NCBI GenBank assembly: GCA_019057795.1
Contig: JAHLWS010000077.1
Location: 64,001-128,000, forward strand
DNA from: Promethearchaeota archaeon
Lineage (GTDB): Archaea; Asgardarchaeota; Lokiarchaeia; Sigyniarchaeales; SOKP01
Direction: 5' to 3'
Length of the DNA: 64,000 nt
Each line of letters opens with the position of its first letter. Within the stretch, counting starts at the first letter, position 1. Below, one piece after another: positions 47,818 through 57,379 of this stretch. The translations under genes were made by a program, and so were the position numbers. Under the pieces are notes generated by a model. It searched no databases, was not told the origin of the DNA, and worked only from the letters and a program-made list of their open reading frames with translations.

Positions 47818-49026
47818 CTACTCAGGTTTTAACTGTGCGAAAATCTCGTTGAAATACTTATCACTCATTCCGGAGATATAATCACGTACGACCAAAGTTA
47901 ACTTATTTTGATTTTTAAGAGGTTTATAGTAAGTAGAATAATTTTTATCGTCGATGTATTCTATGTGATCTTTAAAAATTGGCGCGTCGAAGTTCTCTTC
48001 CTCCAAATCCTTCAAAGAACTTTCAAATATTAATTCAAACTGATAAGTTAAGTTTTCTATGTAAGAAATTTTTGAACTTTTGCTTTTGTAAAGATCTCTT
48101 CGACTGTATATTTGTTCATAATTAAATTCTTTCAATCTTTTTAGCGCTTCAAAAATTTCCTCACTATAACCGATTATGTCGCTATCAAGGCTATTATTTA
48201 AGAGGTCCATAATTAGAGTTTTCATTATTTTTCGGTTAGTATCGCCAAGTACATTTGTGCAACTTTTAGGTAAGTCAGACCTTTTAATGAATTTAATTAA
48301 AATCGCATCTTCGATATCTCTTCCGATATATGCTATGGTGTCTGCTAATCTAACCACTACTCCCTCGTAAGACATTGGGATTCTTTTTATTTTGTTTTCG
48401 TGGAATGCATCGTTATATTCATTTAAATGGTCTTCCCAAGTTTTTCCATTTACTTCAATTGGTTTTAACCCTTGTTCGTAAACTTCACCGTCGTGACAGA
48501 GAATCCCGTCCAATACCTGTAGTGTTAAATTTAATCCTTTCGCAGGTTTATTTGGAAACCTTTTTTCTAGGTACGACAACCATCTTATTCCTTGAGCATT
48601 ATGATTAAATGTCCCCATTTTATACTTGTTACTTATGTCATTAAGTATTTTTTCGCCCAGATGCCCCCTTGGGCTATGCCCTATGTCGTGTGCTAAACTT
48701 ATAGCTTCCATTAAATCAGTATTTAGTTTTAATATACGCCCGATTTGACGAGCAATTCTTGAGACTAATAAAACATGTAACGAGCGATGAGTAATATTTG
48801 CGTTGTTAACACCAAAGAAAACTTGTGTTTTATCTATATATCGCGCATATGCTTTGCTATGAACGATACGGTCAACATCTCTGAAAAAAGAGGGTCTAAT
48901 ATCGATTTTAGACTCAACATCTTCATCGTACAATCTTACCGCTTGAGAATCGGATATAGCTTTAAATCCAATATCGGAATCTCTACGCATATGTAACCTG
49001 TATATTTTAAGGTTTTTAGGATCCAT
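47818..49026 (-). CDS. dgt: dGTP triphosphohydrolase-like HD protein
   Basis: FFRDVDRIVHSKAYARYIDKTQV, HRSLH, HDIGHSPRGHLGE, ADTIAY..RDIED and DYISGMSD motifs. Confidence 0.85.
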   Translation of the reverse strand: MDPKNLKIYRLHMRRDSDIGFKAISDSQAVRLYDEDVESKIDIRPSFFRDVDRIVHSKAYARYIDKTQVFFGVNNANITHRSLHVLLVSRIARQIGRILKLNTDLMEAISLAHDIGHSPRGHLGEKILNDISNKYKMGTFNHNAQGIRWLSYLEKRFPNKPAKGLNLTLQVLDGILCHDGEVYEQGLKPIEVNGKTWEDHLNEYNDAFHENKIKRIPMSYEGVVVRLADTIAYIGRDIEDAILIKFIKRSDLPKSCTNVLGDTNRKIMKTLIMDLLNNSLDSDIIGYSEEIFEALKRLKEFNYEQIYSRRDLYKSKSSKISYIENLTYQFELIFESSLKDLEEENFDAPIFKDHIEYIDDKNYSTYYKPLKNQNKLTLVVRDYISGMSDKYFNEIFAQLKPE

Positions 49027-49071
49027 TGCTGCTTATTATAGGTCTCTTATCAAATATTTTATCAAATCGCA

Positions 49072-50022
49072 CTATATATTTCCAAATTTTATTAATATCG
49101 CGTCATGAGGACACTTCTCTTTACACTTCAAACAAAAGTTACACTCGCCTTTACCCGTGAAAAATTCAAACGGCTCATCTAATATTCTAATCTGTTTTGG
49201 ACAAACATCTTCACAGATTCCACACTCAGACCTACCTACACATTTAACAGGGTTTCTGGATAATTTTAAAAAAGAATAATCGGTTACGACTGAAGAAACT
49301 GCAGCAAAAGGGCAAATGTACCTACAGTATATTCGTGGATACCACACTGAAAGAACAATGATTAAAGTGTAGAAACCTATTATAATATATCCTCCAAGTT
49401 CTAAAGCATCGAATTTTACCGGCAAAAAGATATTCTGAATAATATCTGGAAGAAACACAAAAATAAATTCAGACAAAGAAAAAAATCCTATTGGTCGTTG
49501 AGCAAAAACACCTAAATAGGTTTTTAAATCAAGATGAAATAAGAAGTTCGTATTTTTTGTAATTCCTAATGGGAATATAATTAATGTGATAATAATTATA
49601 AAAACATACTTTAAGTTGAGAAGATTCTTATGGGTTTCAAGTTTTATCTTCTTTTTTTTAGTGGGTATCGCAGCACACACATCTTGGATCGCCCCAATCG
49701 GACATATCCATCCACAAAAAAACCGGTTTGAAAATAATAATATTAATATTAACACTGCAATAAGAAAAAATGGGAATACACCTTCTGCCATGGAGAAGAA
49801 GATATATTCTAACATTCCTGCTCCATTAGAAAGAGGATTTCTTGGCGTGTTTAAAACGGGTAGTGCCTTAATAATTCCTTCTAAAATTAATAGGTTAATA
49901 GGAAAAATTGTTTCAATAATTATGTAATTTATCAGTAAAAAAGCAAAAATCTGAATTATTCTTCGAGTGATTGTAATTAAGTTTGCTCTAATCTTTAACC
50001 TTTTAAATCTCAAAGATATCAC
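49072..50022 (-). CDS. NapH/MauN-type membrane polyferredoxin
   Basis: RFFCGWICPIG, RIYCRYICP, ECGICEDVCP and CNFCLKCKEKCP motifs, plus TM helices. Confidence 0.85.
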   Translation of the reverse strand: MISLRFKRLKIRANLITITRRIIQIFAFLLINYIIIETIFPINLLILEGIIKALPVLNTPRNPLSNGAGMLEYIFFSMAEGVFPFFLIAVLILILLFSNRFFCGWICPIGAIQDVCAAIPTKKKKIKLETHKNLLNLKYVFIIIITLIIFPLGITKNTNFLFHLDLKTYLGVFAQRPIGFFSLSEFIFVFLPDIIQNIFLPVKFDALELGGYIIIGFYTLIIVLSVWYPRIYCRYICPFAAVSSVVTDYSFLKLSRNPVKCVGRSECGICEDVCPKQIRILDEPFEFFTGKGECNFCLKCKEKCPHDAILIKFGNI

Positions 50023-50142
50023 TTGCTAAATTTTAAATTAATAAATAATCGCTGGTTAAAAAAATTTAGTCTTCTAAAAAGGTAATGTGCGTTTTAGAAT
50101 TGAAAAAAGAGAAAATAAAAAAAATTAGAAAAAGTAATTTTA

Positions 50143-50577
50143 TTAAGCTTTTTTAATTTTACTGAAAGACTTTTTATACTCTTCGGGATTTCCACCCGTA
50201 CCAAGGTAATCTATGTAAACCTTTAAACTTTTTAAAAATAAATCCCCAGCCATTTCCATAATCATTCTTTGGTCTTCTAATTCAAATTCAGCCCAAAGCG
50301 TCACTATAGTTACATCGCCTTTCGGTTCGAAAATATAACCAATTTTTTTCATAGGGCTTCCCTCTTGAATTGATGTAATCTTCTCGTGAGGTATGTTCTC
50401 AATTTCTATGTTTGTCACATCCCCTACATTAGTTTTTAAAAAATATTTTTTGGATTCGAGTTGTTTGATTTCATTTACAACGATATTCCATCTTGGTAAA
50501 CCCATATAATCGTTTAATATCTCATAAACTTTTTCTACGGGAGCCTTAATTTCTATTTTTTTTTCTACTATTGGCAA
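50143..50577 (-). CDS. SRPBCC/START-like protein
   Basis: IEIKAPVEKVYEILND...PRWN N-terminal signature and a C-terminal helix. Confidence 0.8.
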   Translation of the reverse strand: MPIVEKKIEIKAPVEKVYEILNDYMGLPRWNIVVNEIKQLESKKYFLKTNVGDVTNIEIENIPHEKITSIQEGSPMKKIGYIFEPKGDVTIVTLWAEFELEDQRMIMEMAGDLFLKSLKVYIDYLGTGGNPEEYKKSFSKIKKA

Positions 50578-50704
50578 AAAATCAACTCCTTTAAAATTTA
50601 TTTCTTTAGTTAATAGTTATAAATTATAATTTTTTAAAAAATTACAGTAAAATATTTAGCTGTAATTTAAATCTTTAATATAATAAAATAGAGAGATGAA
50701 TGGA

Positions 50705-52615
50705 TTACTTGAGCGAAAGAGATTCTCTATTTCTCGGAGCTTTAGTGGCTTTTCTTAATTTTTTATGTATCATCGTCGATAAACTTACACATTTGCTTTC
50801 TTCGCCGTGGTTGATTATAACTAATTTTGGTCTGGGTTGAATTCTACGCAAGAATTGTGAGATTTGACTACGCGACGAATGACCGCTGAATCCTTCTAAA
50901 GTAAAGACATTTAAGTTTAATCTTATAAGCTGTGTCCTTCCTTTCTCATTGGTGTATTGAATCTCGCGGAAACCACGCTGAACCCTGCTTCCCAAAGTTC
51001 CATTCACTTGGTAAGATACGAATACAAGAGAATTTTTCTTATCTTCGGCTAACCTTCTTAAATATTGAACTGAGGGTCCTCCGATTAACATACCGCTTGT
51101 AGCTAAGATAATACAAGATCCACCCAAAATTACATCGTTCCTTTCTTCTTGACTAGAAATAGTCGTGAAAAAGTCGCTTAAAAATGGGTTTTTGCCCTGA
51201 TGTAGTATTTTTTCTCTTAAGTCAGAGCTAAGAAAATCGGGGTTTGCGGTATGTATAGCTGTTGCTTCTGAGATTAATCCGTCCAAAAAGATTGGGACAT
51301 GATCAATAATACCTTTTGAGATGAATTCTTCTAACACTATTATTAGCTCTTGAGCTCGCCCTACTGCTAATACAGGAATAAGAATTTTGCCACCTCTCTT
51401 GATTGTCGAATTTAATATTTGTCTAAGGTCTCTTTCAGAATCTTGTCTACTTGGGATTCGATCTTGAGGGCCTCCATAAGTTGATTCAATAAGTAGGGCT
51501 TCTACTCTAGGAAATTTTACAGCCGCTTTTTCTAAAAGTCTTGTTTTTTGATATTTAAAATCTCCTGTGTATATAAAATTGAATCCACCCTTTCCGAAAT
51601 GTAAATGAATTATGGAAGAGCCTAATATATGACCAGAATTGTGAAGTGTTAACTTAATATCGGGAGCAATATCCGTAACTTTCCCCCATGAGAGAGGTAT
51701 CGTATGGAGTACAGCGCTTTTTACATCCCTTTTAGAATAAGGGCCAGGTATACCCTCTTTTTCGCAAATCTGAACGAAATCTAATTGTAACATGGTCGAA
51801 AGGTTCCGTGTAGGGAGCGTACAATATACGGGACCTTTATACCCATACTTAAATAAAAAAGGTACCATTCCACAATGATCTAAGTGAGCATGAGATACTA
51901 TTATGGCGTCTAAATCCCTTATTGAAAACTCTGGAATATCAAAATTTGGAAATGGATCCTTTTTATTGCCGACATTTAACCCTACATCGAGAAGAATGTT
52001 ACTATCTCTTGTTTGCATTAAAATACACGATCTACCGACTTCTCTAAAACCACCTAAGGAAGTTAGGCGAATATCTAAATCTTTAAAAATGGTAGGGCGG
52101 TGAATTCTCTTTCCAATATTCAAGAGTATATCTTTTTGATTTTGTCTTTCTTTACTCAACATTCCTCTAATTAAATCAATGGTTCTCGAATGCAACGGTG
52201 GCGTTCGTATTGTTTTAGGTTGCCAAAAAGTGTTCATCCGTATTTCCTTTAAATTCACACCTTTTTTTCCAATAACCAACCCTGGTTTTACCGATTCTAT
52301 AATAACTTCTCCACGAGTGTGATCAAATTCAATATTGGTGATTTCAGCACCTTCGACTATTAAATTTCTTATGTAATCTTCTGTTTCAGATGGATCCTTG
52401 CGCTTCTCCGCGTTCCAGCGAAAAACCACTCTTTTACGCATAGTTTTCGCTAATTCTTTTAAAATATCTGAACTTTCAATAAGATCCAAATTTTCATTTT
52501 CAGAATAAACGGCTATTTCAGGACCCTCAAATTCAATTTTTTTAACCTTAATATCAACAGGGAGATGCGAAATGATTTGATCCTTAATTCTTTGTAGTTC
52601 TCCTTCAAAACTCAT
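50705..52615 (-). CDS. fttA: beta-CASP ribonuclease aCPSF1 / transcription termination factor FttA
   Basis: Two N-terminal KH domains (IEFEGPEI, KPGLVIGKKG), GGFREVGRS, SHAHLDH, GHILGS, ESTYG and GFSGHS; 636 aa. Confidence 0.95.
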   Translation of the reverse strand: MSFEGELQRIKDQIISHLPVDIKVKKIEFEGPEIAVYSENENLDLIESSDILKELAKTMRKRVVFRWNAEKRKDPSETEDYIRNLIVEGAEITNIEFDHTRGEVIIESVKPGLVIGKKGVNLKEIRMNTFWQPKTIRTPPLHSRTIDLIRGMLSKERQNQKDILLNIGKRIHRPTIFKDLDIRLTSLGGFREVGRSCILMQTRDSNILLDVGLNVGNKKDPFPNFDIPEFSIRDLDAIIVSHAHLDHCGMVPFLFKYGYKGPVYCTLPTRNLSTMLQLDFVQICEKEGIPGPYSKRDVKSAVLHTIPLSWGKVTDIAPDIKLTLHNSGHILGSSIIHLHFGKGGFNFIYTGDFKYQKTRLLEKAAVKFPRVEALLIESTYGGPQDRIPSRQDSERDLRQILNSTIKRGGKILIPVLAVGRAQELIIVLEEFISKGIIDHVPIFLDGLISEATAIHTANPDFLSSDLREKILHQGKNPFLSDFFTTISSQEERNDVILGGSCIILATSGMLIGGPSVQYLRRLAEDKKNSLVFVSYQVNGTLGSRVQRGFREIQYTNEKGRTQLIRLNLNVFTLEGFSGHSSRSQISQFLRRIQPRPKLVIINHGEESKCVSLSTMIHKKLRKATKAPRNRESLSLK

Positions 52616-52928
52616 ATATATTCAATTTTTTAATATAATTTTTATTTAGTTTTAAAAATGCATAAGTTATTGATTCTCTTATTATTTAGAATAGTCTTTT
52701 CTTTAAATTGAACTATTTTTATAACTTAGCTATAATCTCCTTTAAAATTATATGTACAGTTAATTTGGTTTTTTTAAACGATGTTTTTAAACAAAAAGAA
52801 CAATTCTTAGATATTAATACTAATACCAGAGATTAAATTTAACAACGAATTAATTCTAATTTCTAAATAATATATGATTTAATAGAATAAAAATATTGTC
52901 ATTATGGAATGAGGATCAATGATATGCT

Positions 52929-52971
52929 GCAAATCTTATCCCTCACCTAAAGGAGGGGGTTTTTCTTTTGC
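52929..52971. mobile_element. orphan hairpin resembling an IS200/IS605-family end
   Basis: GCAAA-TCTTATCCCTCACCTAAAGGAGGGGGTTTTTCT-TTTGC is a GC-rich imperfect hairpin in an AT-rich spacer. The resemblance is from memory only, and there is no tnpA/tnpB nearby. Confidence 0.35.
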
Positions 52972-53014
52972 TTTAATGATAAACTTTTTTTAAAAGAGAA
53001 AATTAAAACGAACT

Positions 53015-53650
53015 ATGTCAAAAGTAAAAATAGGTGCGATCGCCTCTGGTTCTGGGAGTAATTTCGAAGCGATAATTAAAGCATGCGAGGAAGGCATTTT
53101 GAAACATAAGGCGGGTGTAAAAGTACTTATTTGTAACAAAACTGAAGCATTTTGCATGGAACGAGCGAAAAATCATAACATACCATATGAATTAATTGAA
53201 ACTACTAAGTTTCTTCATCTCCCCAGGGAAGAATTCGATAAAAAGATGATAGCTGTACTAAAAAAATACGATTGTGAATTAATTGTTTTAGTCGGTTATA
53301 TGAGATTAGTAAGCCAAAGTTTTATTGATGCTTTCAATGGGAATGTTATGAACATACATCCTGCCCTTTTGCCTTCTTTCAAAGGTATGCACGCTCATAA
53401 AGATGTTTTAGAATATGGGGTAAAGGTTTCTGGTTCTACAGTTCATTTTGTGGATCCAGAATCGGATCATGGCCCTATCATCATCCAGAAATGCGTTCCT
53501 GTGTACGATACCGACACAGAGAAAACTTTAGGACCAAGAGTTTTAGAATGGGAGCATAAAATCTTTCCTAAAGCGATAGAATTATATTGCGATAAACGGT
53601 TGCATGTCGATGGAAGAATTGTAAGAATCGATGGTGATGTTGTCTTATAA
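53015..53650 (+). CDS. purN: phosphoribosylglycinamide formyltransferase
   Basis: ASGSGSNFEAI, GYMRL, NIHPALLPSFKG, G.TVHFV and DHGPII motifs. Confidence 0.95.
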   Translation: MSKVKIGAIASGSGSNFEAIIKACEEGILKHKAGVKVLICNKTEAFCMERAKNHNIPYELIETTKFLHLPREEFDKKMIAVLKKYDCELIVLVGYMRLVSQSFIDAFNGNVMNIHPALLPSFKGMHAHKDVLEYGVKVSGSTVHFVDPESDHGPIIIQKCVPVYDTDTEKTLGPRVLEWEHKIFPKAIELYCDKRLHVDGRIVRIDGDVVL

Positions 53651-53668
53651 TTGTAATTACTTAAATAT

Positions 53669-53771
53669 GCGGGAAATGATTTCGTTGAAAGCTCTGACCC
53701 AACTGAAAGTATTGGTATTTTCCATAACTTAATGAAGAAGATCTTGAGTAATGAGATTACTCATTTCCCGC
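53669..53771. other. 103-bp structured intergenic element, candidate ncRNA
   Basis: Terminal GCGGGAAATGA/TCATTTCCCGC 11-bp inverted repeat; internal TTCGTTG/CAAC(T)GAA and TGAGTAAT-GAG-ATTACTCA hairpins. Confidence 0.45.
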
Positions 53772-53857
53772 TCCTATTACATTCAAATAAACCTAAAATT
53801 TTAATCAAATCAATCATGGTTTAATAATATATTATTATAATTAACAAGAGAATAAAG

Positions 53858-56056
53858 TTGGTAAGGATGCCTCGTCGTAAGGAGATTTCTGAGATTCTAA
53901 ATATGATGGAAAAGACTCAGAATATTAGAAATATTGGGTTTGTGGGCCATATAGACCATGGAAAAACAACGCTAAGCGATTCTCTTTTAAGTGAAGCGGG
54001 TTTACTTTCACCCGATCTAGCAGGTGAAGCACGTGCCTTAGATTATTTAGAAGAAGAACAAAGACGTGGAATTACCATGAAATCTACTAATATTTCATTA
54101 TACTATGAAAAATCTCTTAAAGACCACGACCCCTTTCTAATAAATCTTGTTGATACACCAGGCCACTTAGATTTTAGCGGCAAAGTAACAAGGGCTTTAA
54201 GGTTAATAGATGGAGTCGTTGTAGTTGTCGATGCTGTTGAGGAAATAATAACTCAATCTGAAACGGTTATTAAACAAGCTCTACAGGAAGGTGTGAAACC
54301 AGTACTTTATATTAATAAAGTAGATCGCCTCATCCGAGAGTTAAAGCTAACAGATGAACAAATAAGAAAAAAATATACAAGGATTATTAAAGATTTTAAT
54401 ACGCTTATTAAAAGATACGCAGATAAACCCTTCAAAAAAGAGTGGCAAGTATCTCCTGCTGATGGAAACGTCGCATTCGGCTCAGCGCTCCACAAATGGG
54501 GTTTTACATTAGGTATTTTAGAAAATAACGAGTTAAAGTTTTCAGATATTAGATCGCGATATCAAAAAGAAACATACACTAAAGAAACCTATGCTGATTT
54601 AGCTGTTTATTTTCCAATTCACACCGCAATACTAGAAATGGTTGTTGATCACCTCCCTAATCCTATTGAAGCTCAAAAATACAGAATAGGTAAGATTTGG
54701 GGTGGAGATTTGACATCTGAAGTTGGAAAATCTATGACTAATTGCGATCCAAATGGACCTTTAATAATATGTTTGAGTAAAGTACAAGCAGATAAGCACA
54801 GTTTGGTCGCAACTGGAAGAATATTTTCTGGAAATTGTTTCAATAAGGAGGAAGTATTTTTATTAAGAGAAAATAATTTCGAGACAATTCGAAAAACCGC
54901 AATTTTCATGGGTCAAAGAAGAGAACAAGTTGAAGAAATACCTGTTGGAAACATCGTTGCTATAGAGGGTTTAAAACAAGTAAAAAGTGGCGAGACTTTA
55001 ATTAATAAGAATTATATTGATAAAATGGTTCCATTTGAAAACGTAAAATATGTTTCTACTCCCGTCGTAACAGTATCGATCGAACCGGAATATTTAAGAG
55101 ATTTAGATAAAATGAAAGAGCTCATCGAAAACATACTAATCGAAGATCCTAATTTGTTATTTGAAATAAACGAGGAAAACGGCGAATTCCTCCTCTCAGG
55201 TATGGGACCTTTACATCTTGAAATTACTGCATATGAAATTGAAAAACGAGGTGTTGAGATTTCAATGTCAGAACCAAGAGCGGTCTTTAAAGAATCTTGC
55301 AAAAACGGTTCTTCTACTATAGCTGTAGAATCGCCAAACAATCAAAGTTCGCTAAAAATTAGAATAGAACTATTAAGTGATAAAACAAGCCGGTTCTTCC
55401 GAACTCATGATTTCAAGTCTATAAAACCAATAGAAAGATTGAAAGAATTGTTAGAAGAATTTACAGGCTTAACAACGGATGAAATCCAAGATTTTTGGAC
55501 ATATTTCGATGCTAATAATGTTTTAATATATAATTTAAAAGATGATTTAAACCAATTCTTGAAAGATACGATTGTAGAAATTATTGATAAAATTCTATTA
55601 AATGGTCCACTATGCGGCGAAAAATTAACAGGTCTAAAAGTTATAATTGAAGAACTCGTCGTAAACAAGCTTGACGAAGAAAACGCGTTTACAGAATTAG
55701 CCGCAATGTTTTACGATGCCATTAAAAAGGCTTTAAACGAATCTGACCTTATCTTACTTGAACCAATTTATCATACAATTATTCAATTACCCCCAGATTA
55801 CATAAAAACTACGCTTTCTTTGCTTTCTAAGTATTCTGCAAAAATAAAAAATGTCAACCAAGAAAAGGATTATCAGGCAATCATAGAAGTACTCTTACCA
55901 GTAAGAAATTCTATTAAATTCGCTGAAGATATTCGTTCTAGCACTTCAGGAAAAGCCTTCTGGCAAAATGAGTTTTATGCTTTCATGGAGGTTCCTAATC
56001 ACGAAGCTAAACTAATTATAAATGATCTGCGCTTTATGAAAGGTATATCGTGGTAA
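53858..56056 (+). CDS. elongation factor EF-2 family GTPase, stand-alone divergent paralogue
   Basis: GHIDHGKT, RGIT, DTPGH, NKVD and GMGPLHLEI motifs. The domain IV loop lacks HRG, and the gene is not next to ribosomal protein genes. The start is probably ATG 53867. Confidence 0.9.
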   Translation: MVRMPRRKEISEILNMMEKTQNIRNIGFVGHIDHGKTTLSDSLLSEAGLLSPDLAGEARALDYLEEEQRRGITMKSTNISLYYEKSLKDHDPFLINLVDTPGHLDFSGKVTRALRLIDGVVVVVDAVEEIITQSETVIKQALQEGVKPVLYINKVDRLIRELKLTDEQIRKKYTRIIKDFNTLIKRYADKPFKKEWQVSPADGNVAFGSALHKWGFTLGILENNELKFSDIRSRYQKETYTKETYADLAVYFPIHTAILEMVVDHLPNPIEAQKYRIGKIWGGDLTSEVGKSMTNCDPNGPLIICLSKVQADKHSLVATGRIFSGNCFNKEEVFLLRENNFETIRKTAIFMGQRREQVEEIPVGNIVAIEGLKQVKSGETLINKNYIDKMVPFENVKYVSTPVVTVSIEPEYLRDLDKMKELIENILIEDPNLLFEINEENGEFLLSGMGPLHLEITAYEIEKRGVEISMSEPRAVFKESCKNGSSTIAVESPNNQSSLKIRIELLSDKTSRFFRTHDFKSIKPIERLKELLEEFTGLTTDEIQDFWTYFDANNVLIYNLKDDLNQFLKDTIVEIIDKILLNGPLCGEKLTGLKVIIEELVVNKLDEENAFTELAAMFYDAIKKALNESDLILLEPIYHTIIQLPPDYIKTTLSLLSKYSAKIKNVNQEKDYQAIIEVLLPVRNSIKFAEDIRSSTSGKAFWQNEFYAFMEVPNHEAKLIINDLRFMKGISW

Positions 56057-56142
56057 GAATTGATGCTAATTACATGAAAGGTATTCTTTTAGTATATACT
56101 TCACAAATTAATATAATACAACTTAGTTCTTCTTAACTATAG

Positions 56143-56238
56143 AGAAAAATTGGAGGATTACATGATGGAGATATTTGGGCCAAATCTGAAGGAAGGAATA
56201 AAGGATCCACTTTCATTGTAAGTCTTCCATTAGATTGA
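56143..56238 (+). pseudogene. C-terminal remnant of a histidine kinase HATPase domain
   Basis: Manual translation EKIGGLHDGDIWAKSEGRNKGSTFIVSLPLD*, preceded by an in-frame TAG and with no start. Confidence 0.75.
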
Positions 56239-56287
56239 AACTAAAAAATTTTGATAATTAATACTACAAAATTTTTAAACAATATAA

Positions 56288-56304
56288 AAGGAGAATTTCT
56301 CCTT
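56288..56304. terminator. palindrome between convergent genes
   Basis: AAGGAGA-ATT-TCTCCTT. Confidence 0.3.
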
Positions 56305-56328
56305 AATAAAATTCCAAGAGATTTATTA

Positions 56329-57069
56329 TTATAAATAATCAAAAAGAATATTGAGATCAGAAAAATTAAATGGTTTACAGAACAATCCATCTGCTCCAGT
56401 TTCTTTAATTTTTTTACTAGCTTCCGATTCTGGGATGGCTGATATATAAAATATAGGAATGTGTTTTAATTTATCGTCTTGTTTAATTATTTTACAAATT
56501 TCATAACCAGTAATATCAGGTAAAATTATGTCTAAAATTATCAGTTTTGGAGTTGTTCTGCTTAATTCGTCTAATGCTTTGGCTCCAGTTGTAACTCCGA
56601 AAGAGGAAAATCCATTTATTTCAAAAAAATCAGTTAACACCATGATTGTGGGAGAATCATCATCAACAATTAAAATATCATAAGTAGGATGTACCGGTTC
56701 AAACTCGTTAATAATTGAATTAATCTTTCTTTCAAGAAATACGCTTTGATCATATATCTCTTTAATCCTTAATAAAATATTTGTATCCAATTTATCGGAT
56801 TCATGTTCAAGGATTAATTGAGAAAAACCTTTAATTGAAGTGAGCGGTTCCTTTAAATCATGAGTAATTTTGGAAAAATTATTTATAAGTGATATTAGAG
56901 GTTCAGAATCAATATAAAAATTGACTGCTTTTCTAATTAACATAGAAATTGTAGTAAACTCATATTCATCTACGAATTTTTCCCATTTGTTTTTAGTATC
57001 CTCAGATACTAATATGCCTATTCGTTTTGTATCATCAGATTTTTTTTCATTTGCAGTGATCTTCATCAC
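56329..57069 (-). CDS. RHH-HisKA-receiver protein (no ATPase domain), paralogue 1
   Basis: RIGILVSEDTKNKW...ISMLIRKAV; THDLKEPLTSIKGFSQL; ILIVDDD, ILDIILPD and FCKPF. Confidence 0.85.
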   Translation of the reverse strand: MMKITANEKKSDDTKRIGILVSEDTKNKWEKFVDEYEFTTISMLIRKAVNFYIDSEPLISLINNFSKITHDLKEPLTSIKGFSQLILEHESDKLDTNILLRIKEIYDQSVFLERKINSIINEFEPVHPTYDILIVDDDSPTIMVLTDFFEINGFSSFGVTTGAKALDELSRTTPKLIILDIILPDITGYEICKIIKQDDKLKHIPIFYISAIPESEASKKIKETGADGLFCKPFNFSDLNILFDYL

Positions 57070-57379
57070 ATTCTGACTAATTTTTTTTATTATTATATTA
57101 TTCTTTTATATAATTATAAGTTTTCACTAAAGAAATTAAATACAACTCACAAATTATCCATTTATTGAATGGTTTCCGATATATAACCAATATTTTGGTA
57201 AAAGAAATTATTAAACTTATAATATATTTTCTGAGATAATTAGTAATTTTCAATTTTTTTAGCAATAAATTCAATTTTTCTTTATTTTTTTATAGTTTGA
57301 AATCTAAAATTAAAAAATTTAAAATAAACACAAATAAAATAATAGTATAAAAATAAATATACTAAGTTGTAATATATGA

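Noticed and set aside
50640-50667. AATTACAG/CTGTAATT inverted repeat between fttA and the SRPBCC gene
   Set aside because: Could be an operator or terminator, but it is too short and AT-rich to support.
53669-53771. Eukaryote-like SECIS element (AUGA plus AAA loop)
   Set aside because: The 3' side lacks the GA of the core, and neither neighbouring gene shows an in-frame TGA.
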